Source: Setoptus koraiensis (Eukaryota; Animalia; Arthropoda). Taken from it: DNA of 64,000 nucleotides. The notes beneath the pieces were generated by a model. That model did not search any database, was not told where the DNA came from, and saw only the letters and a program-made list of their open reading frames with translations. The translations under genes were made by a program, and so were the position numbers. The stretch lies in assembly GCA_048013815.1 (NCBI GenBank), contig CM106585.1:15872001-15936000 (forward strand). The letters are read 5' to 3'. Position 1 is the stretch's first letter. Every line of letters starts with the position of its first letter. Shown here piece after piece: positions 1 to 13,456 of the stretch.

Positions 1-705
1 GGCGCATTAACTAACGCGGGCAAGCAACGAATGTTCAAATTAGGCGAATATCTACGCGAACATTATGAGCGTTTTCTCACGGCAAATCTCAACGAAGCTT
101 ACAGTATGAGCTCTGATGTTGACCGTTGCATCGGTATGTATCGGGTTGTATCGGGTTGTATCGGTGTGTGGCTTGACACATGCCAAGGCAAATAGCGAGG
201 CAACTTGTAATTATCTAGACTGGAAATAACGCAACTCACTTGTTTGTCGCCATCGTCTGACAGAGAGCGCCCAATTCGGTCAGTTGCTGCTTGTCGGCCT
301 GGATTGATAGTGGCAATGCGACCAACAATTAGCCCCCAACTGCCTACTGGCGATAATTATAACAACTATAGTTGCATGCTGACTTAATGAATGGCATCCA
401 CAGATGCTCAATATATTCTCTCACTGTCCAGCCAGGTCGAAGGAAAGAAATATAAGTATAAGGTCTGAGGATATTTTCTCTCAAAAAGATGAAGGCTTGG
501 GAGAAAAATTAAATCCAGAGTGCGGCTACACAATATTCAGGACCCTTGATTGCCTGAAGGCGTATGTGATGCTCTCAATGGTCCATTGACAATGGAAAAT
601 GATTCGAAATTGAAAACTAATGAGTGCACACTAGATAATTTTGACATTTTCACGAGGCCTTACCGATTGACGATCGCCCAGTGGCACAACGAATGCGCCA
701 TATAA
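1..705 (+). pseudogene. Histidine acid phosphatase (lysosomal/prostatic ACP-like), 5'-partial and disrupted
   Basis: 1-133 translates GALTNAGKQRMFKLGEYLREHYERFLTANLNEAYSMSSDVDRCI, typical of clade-2 histidine phosphatases. A GT-AG intron (134-263) resumes in frame with ESAQ..LLLVGL. That frame has stops at 305, 308 and 380 before MLNIFSHCPA. 553-705 is in another frame and resembles the ACP C-terminus (ECTLDNF..TRP...WHNEC). Confidence 0.7.
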
Positions 706-3700
706 GCCACTCACTTTGTATTATTGTATAATGTTGCATACTACGTGCCCTCACGCTGACGGCCACCGTCAATAAAATAATAATATTAATCGTCTGCCTT
801 GTTGTTTCATCCCATTCGTTACTGTGTCGTCGGCTCGAGCTATTCAACTTTGATTCATAACACTGGGTATTGTGTGCGCGCGAGTGTTTGCAAATATCAA
901 TCGCCCATATTGCACAAGTTTCTATTTCTCTGCCTGTGCTGGCATTGTGCAAATATTGTTTGGGGTCCCCGTTCTATGATGGCTGGTCGAAATTGAACAA
1001 TTGAGGGGTGAGCTCCGGCGTGTGTCGACTTGTTAGCCGGCGTGAGTGAGAAGCATTTGCAACCAGCTTGTGAATTGTCGCAGCCTCTCGTGGCAACTTA
1101 CACGACACAGGCTGCGACAATTGATCTGGGGCTAGCCAGCGGCTCCATATCCGGGGGCACTTCTCGCTAACTTGTGATGAATGTGTCATCGTTGTTGACA
1201 TTTCAATCAGTTGAGCCGCTTGCAGAGTGCATAAAGAGCAGCCAGTTGCGAACTGCGTTAACCGGCCGGGGGCCTCGAGCAGCAACACGAACTGATGTGA
1301 TGCCGCTGCCGAAGCAAATCAATTGAATTATGGCAAATATCAATATGTGTGAATTGGCTTATACCAAGTGCCGAGATATTACTCATGCATCCTGGCTTGA
1401 CAAGTCGGCCTGAGCCGATCGCCCTTTGTTTGCTAGCCATTTGAAGCGATTGCCTGATTGGCCTCTTTCCTGTCGCCAATCGGCTGGCATTGGCGCGGCC
1501 AGCCAAGCGGCGCGACTCCATAGGACAAATGAGACAATGTTAGAGCCGGCCAAGTGTGACAACGGCAACCACCGAGACACCAACGAGCAGTGACGCCACA
1601 CAGGATATCGATGGCGAATCATCGAACGGCGATGATCAACGCCTCAGTTGTGGCCCCAATCGATTGCACGCTTGTTACGGGCCCCAATCTGTTGGGACAT
1701 GCGCCAGTCAGACTTACAGCCGCTCACAAGGGATGGGGCAGCCGTCAGTAAGATGAGCTGCTGGCCCCTCAGATCCCGGCTATCATGTGGCGGTTGATAT
1801 TGAGTTATGCAACAGCCCTATGGCCCAGTGGTTTAACTGCATCTCGTTGGGGCCCGGCGAAAAGCAATTCTGTTAATGCACTTTGCAGCTTGTGTCCGCT
1901 GTATCAACACATTTATATATTTAATGCATTTATAAATAAATATATATATATCTATATGTTGAGAGAGAGAGAAAGGACAGGTTGCAATCTCGTTAATAAT
2001 ATCCTGTGAAAGTATCGTGTGAATGCGCCGGGGCAGCCACCTACGCACAGGTCAACTCGCATTCCGAGAGCTTGGGCCTATTCACTGAGCAGATATTTGA
2101 GGATCCTTGAGAGCCTTTGAGCACCTCTGAGAACATCTCAAAACCCGAGAGAGCCGTTCTACGCATGCTGAAGAATAGGGCAATGGGCCCCCGTGCCATG
2201 TATGGGGTAGTGTGTTTGATGGCGCAAGTAGCAGTGGTGAATAGTAGTATGTTCAATGAGCTCTAGCAAGTCGAAATCGCTCAAGCGAAAATAATAATCA
2301 TAACACACATACACACAGGAGGCTCCCAAAAGAAAGATGAAATAAGACGACGACATGAGATGGCATTAAGGGTATTAGACGGGCCCATCCATCAACTAGG
2401 TGAATGGCTGGCCCCGTGTGTCTTCAATAGTTCAAGGATAACACCCGTTGGCTGGTATTAGCGGCCATTGGTGGCCACTGGACAGGAATAAACTGCATAC
2501 ACACTTGAAAAAGAAGCGGCCATTCTGCTCTGGTCCAGTCTGGTCTGGTCTGGCGAGCGTGAGCGCCAATCATTGGCGAGCTGGACACAATGATTGTCTC
2601 ATTGCCTAGACTATGGCGCGCCAGATCAGACAATTTGGCCAATTGTCACGCCGTGAATATGACACGCACAATAACCTATACAAACACACGGCCCGGCCTA
2701 TACAAAAACTATGTTCATCATCATCTTTCAGCAGCAACAGCACATGATAGATACGAGCTGGCCCACAACTGGGGCACCCACAAACCAGTTGTTGTGGCGC
2801 TGGCGCAATTTGCGGCGGCCGGCTGGCAATATATTACCACTTCCTCTAGTTTAGATATTAACAACAACAACAACAACAACAACAGCGGAGGCAAATGGTT
2901 CGGGTTTTGCCACTAAAACGATTTAGCTGCTGGCCATCGACAAAGAAGAATGGGCCCTAACCAGCACTCCATCAAGGCGCCGTTTGCGTCCGACGTTCTC
3001 TTCGCCAGTCTACGCGCCAGTCTCTACATACACATATCTCTCTGTGCGGCGTCTATGCCGTCTATCCGACAACAACGTCGGCACAGCGATAATAATAATA
3101 ATGATAATAATATTGGCTAGACAGTTATGTTTAACCAGCAATAGACTGCTCCCAACTAACGCAGCTCTCGACTGCTAGAAAAGTAAATACGCACCAACAA
3201 GGCACACTATGTGTCACGGTGAGATAATGGATGACAATCAAGATCCATTAAGTATATGCAGTGGTGGTTTGATTGAATCGCATACGAGCTCCGGCGGCTG
3301 GCAAGCTCGTCGTGTCGTTTGTCTGGCCTTGTCGTTGTGCCTGCGTGTGGCTCTCGTTGTCGATTTGATCGTCGAGTCGTCTAGCCGAGTTAGTCTAGTT
3401 AGGCCGAGTCAAGTGTCAGTGATGCTGCTACTGTGGCGGTTTTGTGCGCCGGGGGCCCGCGTGTGGGCGTCTAAAGAGCAACTCGGATTGCGTGCTGTCT
3501 GGCTGGCTGACGGGGCCCCAAACCGCAAGTTTGCAGACGCACAAGTTGCTGCTACTGGGACCCGACGACACATTTACACTCAAACGGGCCTACGACGAGC
3601 GCGACCCCAACGAGCAAACAATGGCCAGTTGTCAGTTTACATTTTCGACAGTTGTTGAGCGGCCGACCGGCCGGCTTGCTTGCTGGATGCTTAATTCTGC

Positions 3701-3986
3701 GAGCGAGCGGTCGGGCCGGCCCGGCCCACTCTCGACTGTCGGCCGACGTTTGGGGCCGCTCGTAAATCGCTCCCTAATCTACGCTGATCATCTACCTAAT
3801 AAATAGTTGCCGTCTACTCCACTAGTGTCAGCCATCTAATAACTGGCTGGTGTACCCCAACCAGCCTGGCAGCGCGATCCGGTGTTGTTGTCATCGCCAT
3901 CAGCATATTAGTTTCAGCAGGGCGGTTATCTGGGGCCCGTGCGGTAGTTTATGCGGCTGTTTCATTATTATAATTTTATATACAGC

Positions 3987-4037
3987 TCAGCTCTAATACG
4001 CAGTCAGCTCTAATACGGAGTCAGCTCTATTACACAG
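3987..4037. repeat. 17-bp tandem repeat x3 (TCAGCTCTAATACGCAG consensus)
   Basis: Units at 3987, 4004 and 4021 read directly. Confidence 0.85.
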
Positions 4038-6152
4038 TCGGCGACAGTATGCGCACACAGGGCAGACGTGTTGTCAATTGCTAATGTCCTGTCATTTGCA
4101 TAACAGTCGCCCCTGCAAAGGCATTTCTGGCCCCCAACTAGCAGCTCCATCTTTTAAGAGTTGTTGCGCTTGTTGTCCGCTGGGCCAACCAACCCACCCA
4201 CCGACCAAGCCGGGCCCGATCCACGATCAATGACCCCACCTCGTTGGCGAGCCCGGCCAGCCAGTTGGTGACTTAATAGATATAAGGCACGTTATTACGT
4301 TATTACGTAACAAGCCGTTGACATGCCAGTCGGAAATGGGCGCCCTCTACTCCGTCATTACACGCACACTACAATGCTCTGTTACAATACATTGTGGCAC
4401 ATCGCAGCAACTGCTTTGCTACCACTATTCCGATATTAGTGCTGCTATTGGCGCCGGCAGCAGCAGTAGTGTACGGCTGGTACGGGATATCTGGATATTC
4501 ATTGTCTGGATATTGTCATGCGATACACCGATATTGGGCACCAACTTGTCACTTGGCGCGCGCGAGCGCCCCATTCTGTGCATCATTCGAAGATTTGCGC
4601 GAAATAGTGCGTACGCAATGTGCACGAATTTCGTCATTCTGTGCGTAACAGCAGCAGCAGCAGCAGCAGCAGTAGCACGGCAACACACACACACTGGGCA
4701 CCCGATCGTCCGTATGATTGTTTCTCCTAATTGATATTAATACCGTTTGTTGTTATTATCCGCCAATATTATATATATATATTATTATCATTATTATTAT
4801 TATTATTATTTTGATTGTTATCATTTTGATTACTATTATTTTGATTATCATTTTACAATCCCTACTTCGGCCAGCGTCTGTTATCATCGCCCCAGCTTCG
4901 GCATCAACTACACTGAATGCACCACAAAATCCATACGCCAGAGCGACAAATCCCAAGTTACACGGCCAGTTACATTGGAACATTCTCACAAGCAATTATC
5001 CATCCGCAAGAAAAGACACGAACAAACAGTGAATAGTGACAATTTTAATTTTGCAACACGCAATTAACAGAGCGATTTGGTGGTGGCACCCAGATAACAA
5101 TGTTTTCAAAACCATGCCGTCAGTCTGCAGCTGTAAAGTGCCAACGCAAGCTGGCAAACAGGTGATGCTCATGTCCGAATGTTCACCTTGATTCGCGACA
5201 ACAAACAGAGTAACAACATCAAACTAGTAATGACAAATAAGCAATCCACATCGAGCACACATAATTCACCTGATCAGAAGCAATACAGAAACTGAACAGA
5301 AGCCCGTTTTTATCTAGCGGAAGCCACATATTCCTCCTATTCGTCTATAGCTCCACAAATAACATAATAATAATAATAATAAATTGGTCTTCACGCAAAC
5401 ATTGGCCGCTGGGCATTTGCTGAGGCTGACGTTGCCATTATCAGGACCATCTTCCACTGTTTGCGGCTACATTCTACAAGCAGGCAAATTATTATCACAG
5501 TAGTAGTGCCACCAAACAAACACACTTGAACAGGTACCTTATATTAGACGGCATGCCCTCTGTACACCTATCAGCTCGTTCACCTGAACTCATCTGAGTA
5601 ACTTAACAAATCTATACAAATAGCGGCCAGTCGTTCTCGACGAAATGTTACATTACGAATCAATTCTCACCTAATTCTCTGTCTCGACTACGGGCCAGCG
5701 GCCAGCTCTCAATAGTCACTCAATGTTACCACGCGTCTCATTCGTCTAGTCAGAAACACATCTCAAGTGGAGAGGGAGATTAAGAGACAGAATCAATAGT
5801 ATCAACAATATTAAAAAAAAATATGCTCTTCGGCTTCGATGAGTTGATTCCGATCTAGTCAGAAAAAGAAAAGCAGCCCCCTGTTCACACCAACTCAACA
5901 CAGTCAGCTCACTATCTATCGTCAGGCCATTATCTCAAAATCAGAACTCTTGCTAAATTCAATAATTATACACATTACATAGGTCGAAATCACAACTAGC
6001 ACTAGTCAACAACACCTAGCATAACTATGAGTCTATTCCATAACCAATCCTGTCTAAAATGTCTATGTTGGCTCGATCAAAGCTCCTACAATCCACAAGA
6101 CCAGGAGAGGAGCCAAGAGAGGCGCCAAAAGAGGATCAACTCAGACACAAAA

Positions 6153-7752
<1,600 letters not shown>

Positions 7753-7991
7753 GAATTCATTACATAACATTTATGTTATATATGAATAATGATATTGTTA
7801 AAATTAACAACATTGATTGAGCAATCATGACAAACTGAGTCAATGGAAATTATACGAGAAGATTTGAGTTTAAACTGATGTGAGAAAATACCACTATCAG
7901 TCTAATCTTGATCACAAATAACAATAAATTGATTATTATCATCAATCCATGATGATATGTTGGGAAATTTTTATCATAGCGTACAGTGAAC

Positions 7992-8025
7992 TGTACAAGA
8001 GGACACTGTTGCACTAAAGAATAGC
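7992..8025. repeat. Dispersed element copy 1 (core TGTACAAGAGGACACTGTTGCACTAAAGAATAGC)
   Basis: 33/34 identical to 9648-9681 and 30/34 to 10498-10531; weaker similarity extends about 45 bp upstream and 60 bp downstream. Confidence 0.9.
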
Positions 8026-8942
8026 CACTGACGATATGTTTCCGATGTTTGATCGAGACACAAGTCTCGATTCATTATATCTGATTGGAGCTAATGATAG
8101 GCTTCAAGAGCTGAAGATGGCAAGGAATTTTCGCAAAATAAATTGGTAGCGAGAAGAAAGACCCAAGTAGGGATGGCGTAAAATCAGGTGATGAGATGAA
8201 GAGTAGCAGTGTTTCGATGGTTTCCACCTAAACAGATTTTGAAATACTTATGTGCTATAAATAATCCAAAAGAATAACCTCGGTATCACGTGCATGCAGC
8301 TTGTTGATCATGTGCTCATCAGCCTAGATCATTTGACATGATTTGACAATTGCAGGTGTCACCTTGTGGGCTGGATTATGGGGCGCTCAATAGTTGAAAG
8401 AAAATCTCTTCCGCATTGTCTAACAAGGTAACCTAACTACTATGAACTGTCGTATTTTCTTTTCTGGTGGGCCAACCGTGCACAATCAAATCTGGGACGC
8501 GCTTGCAAGTTGCGACCAATCCACTCTTGAAGGCTTCACAACGACGGAGACCAAGACATGCAAATGGTTATCCGTGTTTGACTCAGCTCTTTGAGATCCC
8601 CAAGAGTGGACCCAATAGAAAAAAAATCATTTCACCAAAATCATAATACCTAGATTACCCTGTGAGCTTGAATTATTATTATTATAGGTGACATTGATAT
8701 ATATAGAGTTTGCATTAGATTGTAGCTACTTTCACAAGTGTCACGTCATCTGCGAACAATGCGTTTGATTTTGTGTCGAAAATAGCTCCCTGTGAGCCAT
8801 CGACGGCCCAAAGATGCGCTTCAGCTCAACAATCGAGTTATTCATCAGAAAACATACCAGACTGATGACTAGATCGACTGACTGATTGCCTGAGTGGGGT
8901 GCCATTATCCGCAAACTTAATTGATCTGAAAAGAAGGGAAAA

Positions 8943-9569
8943 ATGAAAACAATTAATTCAGCGACTGTTATGCTGTGTCTGGCGATGCTAGTGACCGTCG
9001 TCGCTTGCCACAAGTTTCACATAAAGAACCTATTTCGTCAAAAACTTGAGCCTAAGTTTGCGAATCTTGGAAGGGAAGATCAAAAATATATTAGGCGGCA
9101 CACACGTAACAGCAAAATTTATGAACGACATTTAAAGAGACTGGGGCAACATTTGACTAAAAATCCAGGCGACGCCGATGATTTATTCGAAAAGCAATAT
9201 TATCTAGACTTGCTAGCGGCAGAACAGGGGGTGCTTGCCTACGCAGAGAAAAAAATTGAAGCAGGCGAACCAGTGCAATGGGGAAACATTAATGACTATT
9301 TCCCAAACATGAGATATCTGCCAGAATTATACAAGAAAATCAAGAAAGTGAATTCGATTGTGGCCGGCAATGAGGTGGGTGATGCGACAAAGTTGAAGCA
9401 AGAAATAGAATCCGAGCTAGAAGAGAGAGGCAAATTCAGAGATGAATTGCGAAGTGGCACCTATCCAGAGATGATCAATCATAAATTTGGTGATAATCAG
9501 GATGATCAAAGCTATTCTCGTATGCTGATTTTTATCAAAAATCTCGCTGGTTTTAAATTCTCTCAATAA
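8943..9569 (+). CDS. Orphan secreted, charged, probably helical protein (208 aa), intronless
   Basis: Clean ATG in AAAATG context, signal-peptide-like N-terminus (VMLCLAMLVTVVAC), K/E-rich mature region, AATAAA at 9638, and a decayed paralog immediately downstream. Confidence 0.8.
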   Translation: MKTINSATVMLCLAMLVTVVACHKFHIKNLFRQKLEPKFANLGREDQKYIRRHTRNSKIYERHLKRLGQHLTKNPGDADDLFEKQYYLDLLAAEQGVLAYAEKKIEAGEPVQWGNINDYFPNMRYLPELYKKIKKVNSIVAGNEVGDATKLKQEIESELEERGKFRDELRSGTYPEMINHKFGDNQDDQSYSRMLIFIKNLAGFKFSQ

Positions 9570-9647
9570 AAGATATGTGCTAGACTAGATGAGGGGTCAG
9601 ATGGCAACTATCTTGTTTGAATTCTTATCACAGACTCAAATAAAGTC

Positions 9648-9681
9648 TGTACAAGAGGACACTGTTGCACTAAATAATAGC
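9648..9681. repeat. Dispersed element copy 2
   Basis: TGTACAAGAGGACACTGTTGCACTAAATAATAGC, directly after an AATAAA. Confidence 0.9.
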
Positions 9682-9779
9682 AACTCATAATTAATTTCGG
9701 ATAATTGATCCGCATGAAAGTCTCGAATGATTTTATCTGACTATTGAAACTCACGATACACTTGCCAATCACACTGGCG

Positions 9780-10310
9780 AAAAAAGTGATTAAGCGTAAT
9801 GTGTTGGGCGATGTTGTTGGTTCGTCGGTCGGCTATCTCGAACCCGTTTTTATGGAAACTTGATCCCGAGTTTCAAGGTTTGCAAGAGGGACATCGAAGC
9901 TATGTTACGAGCGTGATATCAATACTTGTGAGATGCAAGTGAGAAGATTGGAGAAACAATTAAGAAACAACCAACTGACAGAGAATAGTATTCCAATGTG
10001 CTGCCTGCGTAAAGAATAATCGAATGCAAGACGAACTCGTGGAATGAGAGGACTCTGGCGAAAGCTCTTCTCCCATTATTCCTAAAATTGCAACTTTATA
10101 TGAGACATGAGATAATCAATTCAATTGAATGCTTGAGAAAAAAGGGCTACGCAGTAGAATTGCAGCGACTAATCGAGCGCAAGCTAGGAGTGAGACGCAA
10201 AGTCAGAGATGAATTCGGAATTGGCCAATGATGAAAAGACATCGGATCAAGCCAAGCTCGTGATCATTGTATATGCGATTAATCTCATAGAAAGAGTTTT
10301 GTCTCTGAAC
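9780..10310 (+). pseudogene. Decayed tandem paralog of the 8943-9569 secreted protein
   Basis: Colinear peptide matches across frameshifts and stops: VMCWAMLLV vs VMLCLAMLV; ISNPFLWKLDPEFQGL vs IKNLFRQKLEPKFANL; EMQVRRLEKQLRNN vs ERHLKRLGQHLTKN; IERKLGVRRKVRDEF vs IESELEERGKFRDEL. No start ATG. Confidence 0.8.
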
Positions 10311-10497
10311 ACAAAAGTAAAAGCTCTGTATCAGGCTGAACGCTGTACGTTGTTGTTTTTTTCTCTCACTAGAAAGATTTTCTTAATGAAACATAGCGTC
10401 ACGAAACACAACTGAATGCACTTTATTCCCGGAAGACAGATCAGAAGAAAATTATCTTGTTTCAATTTTCATCATGGCAATAAAGTGTCCAATAAAG

Positions 10498-10531
10498 TGT
10501 ACAAGAGGACACTATAACACTAAAGAGTAGC
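10498..10531. repeat. Dispersed element copy 3
   Basis: TGTACAAGAGGACACTATAACACTAAAGAGTAGC, preceded by two AATAAA. Confidence 0.88.
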
Positions 10532-12020
10532 AATTGACTTTATATTGCCAACAATTGATCGACATAACTGACCGAAGGGCCATGATATAATGTTAAGGCT
10601 GAAGGGTCAACAAACTGTTAAGACAAACAAATTGGCGAGCCTTAAATTGAATAAATATAAAGAATAATAAAAACAATTTTGGCTGGCACTTTACAGAGAC
10701 AATCGAAAAGAGACAAGTGCATGCACTGACCACATAGCGTTACACTAACGATCTATTGTTGTTGCTGGATTTATTTCACGTTTTGTGGCCCCACAAACAA
10801 CTCGTTAGTGGTGAAACGGGCATCAATATTGATCGATATACCGATATATGGAAATGAAAGTTATTAAATATGAAATTATGGTTACATAATGGTGTGCCTA
10901 CTACTTGTTGTAGTTGTTATACTTGCGCGGCTTGTTGTTTCTAGTTGTAGAGGGAATATTGTTTCACTCGATTTGTTTGTTTTTCGCGTCACACTTACAA
11001 AGAATGTTAGAATGCTAACGCTGTCCGTTTCTGTGTGCAATGATGTGAACAATTAGACGGTCATTAGACGGTGATCATTCATGACTAGTCAACGTTTCAA
11101 ATTTGGTTACGGTTCGAGGAGGAGAGAGAGCGAGAGAGAGAGAGAAAATTGACAAAAGTGTACGTTAAGAGTGTGCAACAACTGCAAACAATTGACTCTT
11201 GGTTTATGCAAGAGCAAACTGTCCCGTTGTATTTATTTACCTGTTGGGCTGTGTAAGAGCGTTTGTAGTAGTTGTCGTTGTTTATATGGGGTCAATAAAG
11301 GACTGAAAGTAAATGTGAATGTTGCAGCAGTTGGCCGATCATCGATCAAGCTGTTAGTTTATAGGGTTCAATGCAAAATAAACATGAAATCCATTGGTTG
11401 GCCATTCCGTGAAGCGTGATGATGATTATGATGATAGACACAGCATTGGATCATGCCTAAAATGATGCCGTTGTTGGCTGTCGCTCGACCGACTGTGTGA
11501 ACTTTGGGCATCTAATTTGCATGATTGAAACACAGCTCATGTTGTTGAGCCCAGAAAGAGCGAGCGAGCGAAACAAAAAGAAGAAAGTGAACAAAAGTGT
11601 TACAAAGGCACCTGTTGGCCGTCCAACATGGCCGCCGTGGAAATCGCATATCGAGTGTGTCGTGTTCTATCACATGAATACATTGAACGCATCAAGACAT
11701 GACATCGCTCGGAGAGAGAGAATTCTCTCTGTTATTGTCAGCTAAAAATAAGCTCTTTATCTGGTCAGTTGGACGCATACACAAAAAGATTATATTTAAC
11801 TCGATGCTCAATAATGATTGGCTTGCCAGAGCAAGCAGTCGGCAGTTGGCCAGAGAAGTTTGCTTGCTATCGGCGGGCCACTTTTGACAGCTGCCCAGAG
11901 ACAAAGCAACAACAACAGGCCAACATGGCAATGTCATTTTTCATTTCAATGACCACCAGTCGGCCGGCCAATGGGTAGCTCGAGTGGCCGGCCATTGAAA
12001 TTGCCCCATTGAAGTTGGCC

Positions 12021-12056
12021 AATTCATTGGGCCATTTATTATTGGCCCAATGAATT
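12021..12056. repeat. Perfect inverted repeat, 14-bp arms, 8-nt spacer
   Basis: AATTCATTGGGCCA (12021-12034) / TGGCCCAATGAATT (12043-12056). Confidence 0.9.
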
Positions 12057-13385
12057 ATTATTATTCTGTAACAGCATTGGGGCATCCCGTTTGGCGGCAT
12101 TGTTTTGTGCCGCTACTGCAGATAAACAAATTGCTGTCCATAGCTCATTGCGCCGATGCCAATGCCGATGCAAATCAATCCCAAACAATGCGTAACAAGT
12201 CACTGCAACGCCAACGCACCACACAACAGGTGATGCAACAATAGTATTTATCTAGCAGCAAGTATGAAAGTGGTGCGCATGCTTTTCATTAATTTACCGC
12301 TTAAATTTGGGTTAAATGTGTGGCGGCAATTACGGTGATTGGGCCCATGATACTGCCCATGCCGATACTGTCATGATGATGCTATCATGCCGATACTGTC
12401 ATGATGCTAGTGGCGCAATTTGCAATTATTCTAAATTTAGCCTCGCAGCAGCAGCGCCCATTTCGATGGTATCAATTTGAAAATCACGACTCGAAATCAT
12501 TGAGTCAATGATGATTCTGTCCAAGTTGTCGTGTGCGATTGGCCCCACCAATAGCGGGCTACTAACAATAGTGGGTCGCAGCGGCAGTGGTCGTATCATC
12601 ATTTTGTCGTGGTGAATAACGGCTCAACGAGATAATAACATAATAATTAGATATTGCGCGCATTCAACTCACAAAGTCAGGGCAAACTTTCGTCGTTGGT
12701 CGCGCCCGTAAGTTACGGGCCGTAACGGCAACGGCGGCCATCGGACTTGACAAGCGGCCGATGTTTGCATTGCGCACACATGCTGCTGAGTGTTTACGAT
12801 GATCTAACAAGACATAACAGGTGTCTGTTGTTGATAGAGCTCATTGGTTGTTGGCGCAAATACAACAGGTATGTGACAGATTATGGCTGATTGATGTGGC
12901 TGGCAGCGGACAGCGCGGAGCTGGCAATTGATTGAGCATTTGCTGCGTCGCAGTTGGCCAGTTGGCCAGTCGTCCGGCCAACGGGTCACCAGAAACACTT
13001 GAGCCGCTCAAGTTGGGCGAGAGTGAGCGTCTTCCATAAGGGCACTTGTAGTGGTAGCGAGCCACGGAGAGCCGGGCCGACTCCAGGGCGAGCCGGTGTG
13101 TTATGAGTGGCCGGGCTCGAACAATCGAAGAGGAAAAAGGCAACGAAAAATAACAAGTAGACAGCCAATCATGCCTGTCATATTTGTTTACAATTACCCA
13201 CTTGGCCTGGCCTATTATTGCGCAACGTACGTTACCTGGCCGGCGAGAGGCTTTTGTTTATCCTGACACTGCCACTAACGCTGCCGCTGGCTCTGCTGGC
13301 TCCGCTGGCACCACGGACACTGCTGCACCGGCAAGACGTCTCGGGCGAGCTCGGGCGACTTGGGAGGCAGCTCCTCGGACTGGCG

Positions 13386-13456
13386 GCCCGTTATCGACAG
13401 AACGCTGTTGAGAGTCAACACTGCCGACTGCCAATAGCGTTCTGTCGATAACGGGC
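13386..13456. repeat. Perfect inverted repeat, 21-bp arms, 29-nt spacer
   Basis: GCCCGTTATCGACAGAACGCT (13386-13406) / AGCGTTCTGTCGATAACGGGC (13436-13456). ORF-track peptides on both strands contain ARYRQNA. Confidence 0.95.

Noticed and set aside
4318-5067. ORFs with hydrophobic stretches and cysteines suggesting a secreted peptide
   Set aside because: The best-looking frame has no ATG, and hydrophobic runs derive from (TAT)n and (GCA)n repeats; no coherent splice model.
7955-8090. Minus-strand peptide FSATVSSCT shared by the three dispersed elements
   Set aside because: In-frame stops occur close by in each copy, and nucleotide identity alone explains the peptide similarity.
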